From an uncultured bacterium (lineage in GTDB: Bacteria; Bacillota_I; Bacilli_A; RFN20; CAG-826), in NCBI GenBank assembly GCA_949297275.1, contig CASFQR010000003.1, forward strand, positions 7,234 through 31,233: a DNA stretch of 24,000 nt, in the 5' to 3' direction. Positions 9,133 through 19,536 of this stretch are shown here, one piece after another; within the stretch, counting starts at the first letter, position 1; the number at the start of each line of letters is the position of its first letter. Under the pieces are notes generated by a model that did not search any database, was not told the DNA's origin, and saw only the letters and a program-made list of their open reading frames with translations. The translations under genes were made by a program, and so were the position numbers.

Positions 9133-9978
9133 ATGTCTAATCTTATTCGCATAAAAAATCGTAAAAATTCAATCGTTAAAACTCGCAAAGTTTTAAATGC
9201 GATGGAATTAATTGCTTCTAGTAAATATTCTAAATACCAAAATAAATTATTATCAGGGCTTGGATACGTTAGTGAAGTAATTTCTTTAATGCGCTTTTTA
9301 GCTAAATATCTTCATGGTGAAGAATATGCTCCCTATTATACCTTTAATGAAGGTAAAAAAGATCTTTGTTTAGTTTTAACTAGTCAAATGGGTTTATGCG
9401 GTTCTTATAATAATGACTTAGTAAAATTTGTTGAAAATAACCTTATTAGTGATGACACCGATTTAATTATTTTAGGCAAAAAAGGTCTAACTTTATTTAA
9501 ACAAAAAAATTATCAATTAATTGATCAACATTTTGTTAATATTGATTATCTCCATAAAAATGATTTATTAAAGTTAGCCGCGACTTTAACAAATTATTTT
9601 TTAGATAAAAAATATCGCTCAGTAGTGGTAGTTTATACCCAATATATTAACGCTTTAACGGTTACTCCTCTTAAAAAACAAATCTTCCCTTTAATTGAAA
9701 AGCAAACCGATAATATAGCGGTGGGTTATGAACCCATATATGATCCTAATATTAAAGAAATTTTTGACCAATTGCTGCCTTTATATATCCATTCTTTGCT
9801 TGAAGAGACACTTTTAGAAGCCGAAGTCTCACTCGACGCCAAACAAAAGATGGCGATGAAACTTGCTAAAGATAACGCGGATGAAATAATTGAAAATTTA
9901 GATTTAAGTTATAACAAAAAACGTCAAGAAGAAATCACTAATGAACTTAATGATGTAACTTTATCAACTTTTAGATAG
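9133..9978 (+). CDS. atpG: F-type ATP synthase subunit gamma
   Basis: 'IRIKNRKNSIVKTRKVLNAMELIASSK', 'SQMGLCGSYNNDL', 'MKLAKDNADEIIENLDLSYNKKRQEEITNEL'. Confidence 0.95.
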   Translation: MSNLIRIKNRKNSIVKTRKVLNAMELIASSKYSKYQNKLLSGLGYVSEVISLMRFLAKYLHGEEYAPYYTFNEGKKDLCLVLTSQMGLCGSYNNDLVKFVENNLISDDTDLIILGKKGLTLFKQKNYQLIDQHFVNIDYLHKNDLLKLAATLTNYFLDKKYRSVVVVYTQYINALTVTPLKKQIFPLIEKQTDNIAVGYEPIYDPNIKEIFDQLLPLYIHSLLEETLLEAEVSLDAKQKMAMKLAKDNADEIIENLDLSYNKKRQEEITNELNDVTLSTFR

Positions 9979-11770
<1,792 letters not shown>

Positions 11771-11778
11771 TTTTTGCA

Positions 11779-11792
11779 TACATAATTATGTA
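11779..11792. repeat. 14-bp perfect palindrome in convergent intergenic region
   Basis: TACATAATTATGTA, self-reverse-complementary, 8 bp after the atpC stop. Confidence 0.6.
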
Positions 11793-11851
11793 AAAATCAG
11801 TTATTTATTTTGTTTAATCTGATATTTATAATTTCTATTTTTTTAAATATT

Positions 11852-12670
11852 TCATTGTAGATAATTATTGATTAAGGTTTTTATTTCTTCTTGTGTCATT
11901 GATGAATAGGCAACTTCTTGCTCTAGTTGGCCTTGGTGATATAAATAAAAATTTAAAGATGTTTTTTCATCAACTTGGAAGAAATTTTTAAAGGCGGATT
12001 GACTATTTGTATCTAACATTGCATAGTTAATTAACGCGATATTCTTGGTTGATTGTAAGATGTTTGGGTAAATTTCGTCTTGGTAAAAATTTACCGCATC
12101 ATTATTGGTTTGATCATAAAACATTGTTAATAAATTATCATTATCAGCGATAAATGATTTTAGATTATTTAATTCTTGAAAATTATAGATATTCGTTTCA
12201 TAAAAATGTTTCTTTAATGTATTTTCAAATAAAATACTTGTTTCATAAAAACGATTTTCAATATCTAAGGTGCCGTTTTGGCCGTCAACTAAATAAATAT
12301 GTGGAGTAGCAACAATTGTTAGAAAATAACTAGGATACATTTGACAAAGAGTTAAATAAACATTTGGCTTTGCAAATACATCAATGTAATAAATTTCTAA
12401 GTTATTATTTGTCATTACTTCACTTAAAATCGGATTAAAGGTGGAACAGGCATGACACTGGGAACTACTAATATAAAAGATAAATGTTTCATTGGCTTTA
12501 ATTAAAGTATCAATTGTTTCCACTTTTTCTACAACGCGAACTTGATTCATAAATTCTTCGCTAGCAGTGTATAATAAATCGCCATTTTTAATTAAAGGTA
12601 AATCGCCGCGAAATTTACAACTAGTTAAGACAAAGGGAATTAATAAGATTATATTTTTTATGTGTTTCAT
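11852..12670 (-). CDS. Thioredoxin-like lipoprotein
   Basis: Signal peptide with lipobox 'IPFVLTSC'; CxxC motif 'SSSQCHACSTFNP' in a thioredoxin-fold-like context. Confidence 0.7.
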   Translation of the reverse strand: MKHIKNIILLIPFVLTSCKFRGDLPLIKNGDLLYTASEEFMNQVRVVEKVETIDTLIKANETFIFYISSSQCHACSTFNPILSEVMTNNNLEIYYIDVFAKPNVYLTLCQMYPSYFLTIVATPHIYLVDGQNGTLDIENRFYETSILFENTLKKHFYETNIYNFQELNNLKSFIADNDNLLTMFYDQTNNDAVNFYQDEIYPNILQSTKNIALINYAMLDTNSQSAFKNFFQVDEKTSLNFYLYHQGQLEQEVAYSSMTQEEIKTLINNYLQ

Positions 12671-12677
12671 CGTTCTT

Positions 12678-12685
12678 ATTATAAT
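12678..12685. promoter_or_regulatory. Overlapping divergent -10 elements (ATTATAAT palindrome)
   Basis: Minus TATAAT at 12683-12678 (7 nt from the lipoprotein ATG) and plus TATAAT at 12680-12685 upstream of ppa. Confidence 0.5.
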
Positions 12686-12702
12686 GAATATCTTTTTAAT
12701 TG

Positions 12703-12724
12703 CTTATTTTTTTAGTAAAATAAG
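12703..12724. repeat. 8-bp inverted repeat / hairpin upstream of the ppa Shine-Dalgarno
   Basis: CTTATTTT-TTTAGT-AAAATAAG, followed by GGAGG and ATG at 12745. Confidence 0.6.
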
Positions 12725-12744
12725 TTTACCTGGAGGAAAAAATA

Positions 12745-13287
12745 ATGAATATTTGGCATAGAGTTGATCCTAATCGTATTAAACCTGATTCTTTTTTAGC
12801 ATGTATTGAAATTTCCAAAGGTTCAAAAAATAAATATGAACTAGATAAATATAGTGGTGCCTTAATGCTTGATCGCGTATTATTTACTTCCACGCATTAT
12901 CCACAAAATTATGGCTTTATTCCTCGCACCCTCGGCGATGATGGCGATGCCTTAGATGTCTTAGTGCTTTGTTCTGAAGAAATTGTTCCGATGGCGTTAT
13001 GCGAATGTTATCCTATCGGCGTGTTAGAAATGGTTGACTCCGGTTATAAAGATATGAAAATCATTGCGATTTTTAAACATGATCCACTTTTTAATTCCTT
13101 TAAAGATATTAAAGAAATCCCCGATCATATCTTTCAAGAAATTCGTCATTTTTTTAAAGTTTATAAAGAATTGGAAGGTAAAGTTACCACCGTCAACCAA
13201 ATGTGCGGTCGTCAAAAAGCGATGGAAGTGATTTCGGAAGCAATTGAAGCTTATAACAAAGCTTTCCCGGATCACACTAAACATTAA
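12745..13287 (+). CDS. ppa: Family I inorganic pyrophosphatase
   Basis: 'NKYELDKYSGALMLDRVLFTSTHYPQNYGFIPRTLGDDGDALDVLVL' is the family I signature; SD GGAGG. Confidence 0.95.
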   Translation: MNIWHRVDPNRIKPDSFLACIEISKGSKNKYELDKYSGALMLDRVLFTSTHYPQNYGFIPRTLGDDGDALDVLVLCSEEIVPMALCECYPIGVLEMVDSGYKDMKIIAIFKHDPLFNSFKDIKEIPDHIFQEIRHFFKVYKELEGKVTTVNQMCGRQKAMEVISEAIEAYNKAFPDHTKH

Positions 13288-13987
13288 TCTTTTTAATGCG
13301 TTGATATAAATTTTGACTAAAAGTATTATTTTTTAATGGCGTAATTGAAATAAAACCATCTTTTAAGGCTTGATAATCGCTATTAGGGTCAAATATATAT
13401 GTGATTTCACGCGAGCGATAAAATTTTTGATTTATTTCTTCGTAGAAAGGCTTTTCAATTGGTTTTGCTAATTTGGTAATTTTAATGCCTTTAATTTCCT
13501 CGCTATGAGGAATATTGATATTTAAAATATATTTATTAGATATTATTTCTTTTTCAATAAGATAATTCCAAATTCTTTCTAAGGCTTCATCAACATTTTT
13601 TAATGAGGTATCAGCGGATATAGCAATAATTTTATAACCAAAATTTAAGGCTTCGTTTGCCGCGCCTAATGTGCCACTATACATCGTATCAAATGAGATA
13701 TTATAGCCTAGATTAATACCTGAAATAACTAAATCAAATTGATATTGTTTATAGGATGATAAGGCAAAGGCAACGACATCACTAGGTCTCCCATCAATAG
13801 CGTATACCTTATCTTCGATTCTTTTTAAGGTTAAGGGATTAGATAAGGTCAGGCTAGTTGAAGTGCCTGATTGGTGAAACAAGGGCGCGAAGATGATAAC
13901 TTCATGACCTTTTTTAACTAAAAAATCCCTTAGTTTTAAAATTCCTTCCGCGTTATAACCATCATCATTTACTAGTAAAATATTCAT
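13277..13987 (-). CDS. surE: 5'-nucleotidase SurE
   Basis: 'MNILLVNDDGYNAEGI', 'HQSGTSTSLT', 'DLVISGINLGYN', 'YSGTLGAANEA'. Confidence 0.93.
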   Translation of the reverse strand: MNILLVNDDGYNAEGILKLRDFLVKKGHEVIIFAPLFHQSGTSTSLTLSNPLTLKRIEDKVYAIDGRPSDVVAFALSSYKQYQFDLVISGINLGYNISFDTMYSGTLGAANEALNFGYKIIAISADTSLKNVDEALERIWNYLIEKEIISNKYILNINIPHSEEIKGIKITKLAKPIEKPFYEEINQKFYRSREITYIFDPNSDYQALKDGFISITPLKNNTFSQNLYQRIKKINV

Positions 13988-14765
13988 TGTTCCTCACCCT
14001 TTTAACCTTTTCTTGATAAATCTTTTGATAAATAGCTCTTTTGGTTTCTTGATGACGATTATAAGCCCATGTAGCCCATAATATATCCTCAATCATAATT
14101 AAATAATTTAATTCCTCGATTTGATATTTATTCGAGAATTTTTCGAGAAAATATCTTTTCGTTTTAGTATCATCAAGATTATTTTCACTTAAAAATGAAG
14201 CAATATCAAATAATTCAATATTTAAAGAAACATATTCATAGTCAATTACATATAATTTATCGTTTTGAAATAAAATGTTGTTCTTTACTAAATCGTTATG
14301 TGAAACGACAAGAGGGTATTTGTCATAGATCTCTTTTACTTTGATTAAGATTTGATTAAATTCCGTTAAAGCGATGAATTTCTGAATAACTTTTTGATTC
14401 TTTTCTAAAAAAGCAAAAATAGGAAATTCATAAAAAAATGCTAATTTTAAATTATGCAAGTCTTTCATATATTGAATAAGATGGTCGTAATCTTTTTTAT
14501 TTTTATGAAAGGAACGCGTATTTGAAATATAAGAGGAATATTTATCTATAACTTTGTGATTAAGCGAGATGATTTTTTCATGATATGGAAACGATGATGT
14601 TTGATTTAGAAAAAGATATTCATTATCTAAATCATTCATTAAGCCATCATGATAAATATTTTTATGACGATAAACTAAATTATTATCTAATAAAAATGTT
14701 TCGTTAGAGACACCATTAAGGAATTTTTTAATAACTTTAGCGTTGCTAATCTTTGCGTTAAGCAT
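13965..14765 (-). CDS. Choline/aminoglycoside kinase-family phosphotransferase (LicA-like)
   Basis: 'FLNGVSNETFLL', 'LVVSHNDLVKNNILF', 'LYVIDYEYVSLN'. The supplied ORF starts at 14786; the internal ATG at 14765 fits the promoter geometry better. Confidence 0.78.
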   Translation of the reverse strand: MLNAKISNAKVIKKFLNGVSNETFLLDNNLVYRHKNIYHDGLMNDLDNEYLFLNQTSSFPYHEKIISLNHKVIDKYSSYISNTRSFHKNKKDYDHLIQYMKDLHNLKLAFFYEFPIFAFLEKNQKVIQKFIALTEFNQILIKVKEIYDKYPLVVSHNDLVKNNILFQNDKLYVIDYEYVSLNIELFDIASFLSENNLDDTKTKRYFLEKFSNKYQIEELNYLIMIEDILWATWAYNRHQETKRAIYQKIYQEKVKRVRNNEYFTSK

Positions 14766-14772
14766 AATATTA

Positions 14773-14801
14773 TTTATATGATACATATCGTTTTATTTCA
14801 A
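14773..14801 (-). promoter_or_regulatory. Putative promoter TTGAAA-N17-TATAAA, 7 nt before ATG at 14765
   Basis: -35 TTGAAA at 14801-14796, 17-nt spacer, -10 TATAAA at 14778-14773. Confidence 0.55.
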
Positions 14802-15281
14802 CCTGAAAAGCCGGCTAATACAGGAAATATTTTGCGTCTAGCCATGGCGATTGATGCTAAGGTTGAAATTATTGGACCATTATCCTTTAAACTCGATAAT
14901 CATGCTTTCTTAAGAGCAGGGATGGATTATCTAATTGATGCGAATTATGAAATCTATGAAGATTATCAAAAATTCCTTGAATTAAATCGTGAGATTAATA
15001 TTTATTACATCACACGCTTTGGAAAGCATCTTTATTCTGATATCGATTTTGCAAGTAAACAAGAAGATATCTATTTAATGTTTGGTAAAGAATCGACAGG
15101 TATCGATAAAGAGATTTTAAGAAATAATTTGGAGAGAACATTAAGAATCCCAATCTTAAGCTCGGCCCGCTCATTAAATTTGGCTAATTGTGTGGCAATT
15201 GTTTCTTATGAAGTCTTAAGGCAACAAAAATTTCCCTCCCTAGCGACTTATGAACAAATGCGAAAAAATGTTATTGATTAA
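14778..15281 (+). CDS. trmL: tRNA (cytidine(34)-2'-O)-methyltransferase, SPOUT family
   Basis: 'MIHIVLFQPEKPANTGNILRLAMA', 'LMFGKESTGI', 'RSLNLANCVAIVSYEVLRQ'. Confidence 0.92.
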   Translation: MIHIVLFQPEKPANTGNILRLAMAIDAKVEIIGPLSFKLDNHAFLRAGMDYLIDANYEIYEDYQKFLELNREINIYYITRFGKHLYSDIDFASKQEDIYLMFGKESTGIDKEILRNNLERTLRIPILSSARSLNLANCVAIVSYEVLRQQKFPSLATYEQMRKNVID

Positions 15282-16624
15282 TGCAAATTTTCTCTTTTGG
15301 CTTCTAGATATAATTTTTGAATTCTTTCATCGATTTCATTTAGATAAACGCTACTATAATTTTTCACAATTGCTTCCCCTTTATTTTTTGTACGACGAAG
15401 ATTCTTTTTCGCGGTGTAAATTACCTCACCGCGCTTCATCTTTTTAGTTAATAAAGCAATAGTGGCAGCAATTTTAATCTCTCTTTCGTTAGGCTTTTCT
15501 TTTTTAATTAAGACGTGGCCACTTGAATAATCTTTGATGTGAAACCAAATGAAATTTCGGTTAGTTTTATATTCAAAAGATAAATAATCGTTTTGATCGA
15601 TATTTTTACCAAATAAATAAATAGTTCCATCGACATTAATGAAATAAGGAGCGTTTTTGTTTGTGATATTTTTTTCGATATAATTTTTAATTAAATTGTA
15701 TTTTTTCTCTAAAATAAAGACTTCACTTTCAGAAATATTGTCTAACTGTTCTTGATCGGCTTTAATTAATGAATATTCCTCTAATAATTGTTGGACCTTG
15801 TTATTATATAATTTATCCTCGTTTTTAGCCTTTTTAGCCCGTTTATAAATGTTATTAACATTTTCTAAAAGAGATATTTTTTCATCTAATTCAATCGTGA
15901 TATTGTCAATTAAGATTTGGTGATATTTTGCTTTTAAATTTAAGCCTAAATTAAATACATTATTTATTATTTCACTCGTTTTAATATAACTAAGATATTT
16001 TAGGTGTTCTTCTTCGATTTTCTTCTTTTTGTTTTCTAATTGTTTTAAACGATTTGTTAAATATTTATTTAAATTTGTGCGGCGTTCTTTTTTTCTAATT
16101 TCTTTGATTGCGTAGTAATAGATGTTTTCATAATTAATTTCTGGAATTTCAATATCTTGATGAATGGTTGGCTCATGATGGTAAAGATGATTAATTTTAT
16201 TTTGATCTGCACGATAACTTAATAAATGATCAAGAATTTTATTATCTTCATTAATAACATATATATTTGGTGTCAAGGCAAAAAAAAGGATGATGATTTT
16301 GGTTACTTTTTGAAAGATATATGGTGAGTCGCTAGTTATTTCAATTTCATAAATATTATCGACATCATGACGGCTAAGTTTCGTGATGCGACCATTTCTC
16401 AAACGCGGATAGATGCGATTAATAAAAGGATTTTCTGCTTTTTTTAATTCGTTATCGACATGATAAAAAAATATTCCTTGTTTAGTTTTATTTAATGAGA
16501 TGTATAAGCCTTCTTCTTTATCTAATTTAAATAATAAAGTATATTTTGAATATAAAGAGATATCTTTAATTTGCTTATTGAGATAGTGTTTTTCGTTCTT
16601 AATCAGATATTGATTTAATTTCAT
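15278..16624 (-). CDS. rqcH: NFACT family protein (RqcH/FbpA-like), short form
   Basis: C-terminal NFACT-R-like 'INVDGTIYLFGKNIDQNDYLSFEYKTNRNFIWFHIKDYSSGHVLI', central coiled coil, reduced N-domain; adjacent to gmk as in B. subtilis yloA. Confidence 0.8.
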   Translation of the reverse strand: MKLNQYLIKNEKHYLNKQIKDISLYSKYTLLFKLDKEEGLYISLNKTKQGIFFYHVDNELKKAENPFINRIYPRLRNGRITKLSRHDVDNIYEIEITSDSPYIFQKVTKIIILFFALTPNIYVINEDNKILDHLLSYRADQNKINHLYHHEPTIHQDIEIPEINYENIYYYAIKEIRKKERRTNLNKYLTNRLKQLENKKKKIEEEHLKYLSYIKTSEIINNVFNLGLNLKAKYHQILIDNITIELDEKISLLENVNNIYKRAKKAKNEDKLYNNKVQQLLEEYSLIKADQEQLDNISESEVFILEKKYNLIKNYIEKNITNKNAPYFINVDGTIYLFGKNIDQNDYLSFEYKTNRNFIWFHIKDYSSGHVLIKKEKPNEREIKIAATIALLTKKMKRGEVIYTAKKNLRRTKNKGEAIVKNYSSVYLNEIDERIQKLYLEAKRENLH

Positions 16625-16631
16625 CTTTTTT

Positions 16632-16637
16632 ATTATA
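16632..16637 (-). promoter_or_regulatory. Putative -10 TATAAT, 7 nt before the NFACT gene ATG
   Basis: Minus strand TATAAT-AAAAAAG-ATG(16624); no Shine-Dalgarno. Confidence 0.5.
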
Positions 16638-16672
16638 GATAATGATTTACATTCCTTAAATAGTAATTTTAT

Positions 16673-16701
16673 TTGTAAAAAGGTGCAATATGTCTTATAT
16701 T
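16673..16701 (+). promoter_or_regulatory. Putative gmk promoter TTGTAA-N17-TATATT, 7 nt before ATG
   Basis: -35 16673-16678, -10 16696-16701, ATG 16709. Confidence 0.45.
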
Positions 16702-16708
16702 TAAAGCA

Positions 16709-17281
16709 ATGAAGACAGTTGAAGGTTGTTTAATTATTATGTCTGGACCTAGCGGAGTGGGTAAAGGGACAATTCGCAAAGCTTTAATGAATGATACCTC
16801 TTTAAATTTAGCTTACTCGATTTCGATGACGACTCGCCCTAAACGCAACGGCGAGATTAATGGCGTTGATTATTATTTTGTTAGTCACGAAGAGTTTGAA
16901 CAAAATATTCGCAAAGATAAATTGCTTGAATGGGCGGAATTTGTCGGCAATAAATATGGCACGCCCGCTAGAGAAGTTGAACGCTTACGAGCGTTAGGCA
17001 AAAATGTAATTTTAGAGATTGAGGTTAATGGGGCAAAACAAGTCATCGATAAATTTAAAGATGATCAAAAATTAATTACAATCTTTATTATTCCACCTTC
17101 TTTAGAAGAATTAGAAAACCGCATTCGCGCGCGTTCAACTGAAAGCAATGAGGTTATTGAAAAGCGTTTAAATAAAGCTCGTAATGAGATGAAATTAAAA
17201 AAACATTATCAATACATCATCTTAAATGATGACCCAAATCGGGCCGCGCTTGAGATAGCTAATATTATTAAAAATCATTAA
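16709..17281 (+). CDS. gmk: Guanylate kinase
   Basis: 'LIIMSGPSGVGKGTIRKAL', 'SISMTTRPKRNGEINGVDYYFVS'. Confidence 0.96.
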   Translation: MKTVEGCLIIMSGPSGVGKGTIRKALMNDTSLNLAYSISMTTRPKRNGEINGVDYYFVSHEEFEQNIRKDKLLEWAEFVGNKYGTPAREVERLRALGKNVILEIEVNGAKQVIDKFKDDQKLITIFIIPPSLEELENRIRARSTESNEVIEKRLNKARNEMKLKKHYQYIILNDDPNRAALEIANIIKNH

Positions 17282-17336
17282 ATTTTCTTTATTTATAGTA
17301 AGTGCAAAGCGATGAAAAATTTGTTAATATTTTCTT

Positions 17337-19532
17337 ATGAAAATAATTGATGTTTTAATTGAAAGAAAAGCTAATTCATTAAATCGTCCTTTTGCCTATT
17401 TATATGATGGGGAAAGAAATATTTCAGTTGGCTCGCGTGTGAATGTGAATTTTAATCATCATAATTTAGTTGGTTATGTGATTAAGGTTATGGACACTAA
17501 TCTAAGTAAAGATGAAATCGAAAAGAATTCCGGTTTTAAATACACTTATATTTTAGATGTGATAAATGAAGAGCCTTTATTAAATGAAGAATTGAATCTT
17601 TTAGCTAATGAGATGGCTGAATATTATCTATGTCCTCTAATTTCGATTTATCAAACAATGCTCCCATCGTCTTTAAAACCATCATCATCTTCTTTAAAAG
17701 GTCCAAAGATTTATTATGAAAAGTATGTGCATCTTCTTTCACCGCTCGAAGACGATTTAACACCTAAACAAATTGAAATTGTCAGAAATTTAAAAAATAG
17801 CGGTGATTTGCGATTAAAAGATGTCAAATCTCAGTCAATTATTAAGAATTTAGTGAATAAAAATCGTATTGAAATTATTAAAGTTGAAAAACCACGATTA
17901 GAAATAAAATATGAGGATTCTGCACCTGAAAAGGTTCTAACTCCCGATCAAAATCAAGCAATTAAATCAATTCTAGATAGTAAACAAAGCGTTACTTTGT
18001 TAGAAGGTGTGACTGGCTCGGGTAAGACAGAAATTTATCTAGCGCTTGTTAAAGAAATGCTTAACGCTAACAAAAATGTCATTATGCTTGTGCCAGAAAT
18101 TTCTTTAACTCCGATGATGATTAAAATGTTTACTTCGCGTTTTAAAGAAGATGTTGCAATTTTTCATAGTGATTTAACAAATGCTGAACGATATGATGAA
18201 TATCGACGAATTTCTAGCGGCAAGTGCCGGGTTGTTATTGGCGCTAGAAGCGCAGTCTTTGCCCCCTTAAATAATGTTGGCCTATTTATTTTAGATGAAG
18301 AACATGTTGAATCTTATAAACAAGATTCCTTACCTTTTTACCACGCTCGCGAAGTTGCTATAATGCGCGCAAAACATTTTGGGGCTAAGGTGCTTTTAGG
18401 AAGCGCGACCCCATCTTTAGAATCACGCGCTAGAGCAAGTAAAGGCGTCTATAATTTTGTTCGTTTAACTAAAAGAATTAATGAGAAAGCTTTACCAAAG
18501 ACTTCGATTATTGATTTAACTAACACAAATAATCTATCAAATGATTCGGTGATTTTTTCTCTTCCTTTAATTAAAGCTTTAAAAGAGATTTTTTCAAAAG
18601 GTGAACAAGCTATTTTATTAATCAATCGTCGCGGCTATTCTTCTTATTTAACTTGCCGCAATTGTGGTCATATTTTTAAGTGTCCAAATTGTGGTATAGG
18701 TTTAACATATCATCGCGCAAATAATTTATTAAAATGTCATCATTGTGGCCATGTGGAAATGGTGAGTGATAATTGCCCAAAATGTGGTTCAACCTACCTA
18801 AGTAAAATCGGTTTTGGGACCGAAAGAATTGTGGATGAAATGAATAAATTATTCCCACAAAAAAGAGTGCTTAGATTAGATAGCGATGTAAAAATGAATG
18901 TGAATAATTTAAATAAATCTTTAAGTCAATTTGCCTGTGGCGAATATGATTGTTTAGTTGGCACCCAAATGGTGGCAAAAGGCCATGATTTTCCTAATGT
19001 TACTTTGGTTGGTGTTATTTTAGCCGATATTGGCTTAGCCCTACCTTCTTTTAAAAGCGCGGAACGAACTTTTGAATTAATTACTCAGGCGATTGGTCGG
19101 GCAGGTAGAAGTGATAAAGAAGGCCAAGCGATTATCCAAACTTATAATAGCAGACACTATGCTTTAAACTATGCTGCTAAACAAGATTACGAAGCTTTCT
19201 ATTCTCAAGAGATGCGCATTCGTCAAGTGCAAAAATATCCTCCTTTCACTTATTTAACTGCGATCAAATTAGCTGCTAAAAATGAAGCTTTAGTTATTGA
19301 TTTTGCTTATCAATTATTTAATATTTTAGCTAAACAAAATTTTCCTGAAACTTATTTAGTTGGTCCAATAACACCATTTATTCCATTTTTTGGTGGGAAA
19401 TATCATCGTGAGATTGTAATTAAATATCGTAAAAAAGATAATTTATTTTCTTTTTTAAGCAAGATGCTCATCGAGATGCAAAAAAATTCGCAAATTGATA
19501 TACAATTTGATGTAGATACGCTAGACTTTTAA
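17337..19532 (+). CDS. priA: Primosomal protein N' (replication restart helicase)
   Basis: 'LLEGVTGSGKTEIYL', 'ILDEEHVESYKQD', zinc-binding 'CRNCGHIFKCPNCGIGLTYH...CHHCGH...CPKCGS', 'RDSDVK'-like and 'QAIGRAGRSD' motifs. Confidence 0.96.
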   Translation: MKIIDVLIERKANSLNRPFAYLYDGERNISVGSRVNVNFNHHNLVGYVIKVMDTNLSKDEIEKNSGFKYTYILDVINEEPLLNEELNLLANEMAEYYLCPLISIYQTMLPSSLKPSSSSLKGPKIYYEKYVHLLSPLEDDLTPKQIEIVRNLKNSGDLRLKDVKSQSIIKNLVNKNRIEIIKVEKPRLEIKYEDSAPEKVLTPDQNQAIKSILDSKQSVTLLEGVTGSGKTEIYLALVKEMLNANKNVIMLVPEISLTPMMIKMFTSRFKEDVAIFHSDLTNAERYDEYRRISSGKCRVVIGARSAVFAPLNNVGLFILDEEHVESYKQDSLPFYHAREVAIMRAKHFGAKVLLGSATPSLESRARASKGVYNFVRLTKRINEKALPKTSIIDLTNTNNLSNDSVIFSLPLIKALKEIFSKGEQAILLINRRGYSSYLTCRNCGHIFKCPNCGIGLTYHRANNLLKCHHCGHVEMVSDNCPKCGSTYLSKIGFGTERIVDEMNKLFPQKRVLRLDSDVKMNVNNLNKSLSQFACGEYDCLVGTQMVAKGHDFPNVTLVGVILADIGLALPSFKSAERTFELITQAIGRAGRSDKEGQAIIQTYNSRHYALNYAAKQDYEAFYSQEMRIRQVQKYPPFTYLTAIKLAAKNEALVIDFAYQLFNILAKQNFPETYLVGPITPFIPFFGGKYHREIVIKYRKKDNLFSFLSKMLIEMQKNSQIDIQFDVDTLDF

Positions 19533-19536
19533 AGAG

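Noticed and set aside
14764-14773. Palindromic ATAATATTAT as a bidirectional -10 for both LicA-like and trmL genes
   Set aside because: For the minus strand the predicted TSS would fall inside the coding region and for the plus strand the spacing to ATG is only 4 nt; the TTGAAA/TATAAA pair is a better minus-strand promoter.
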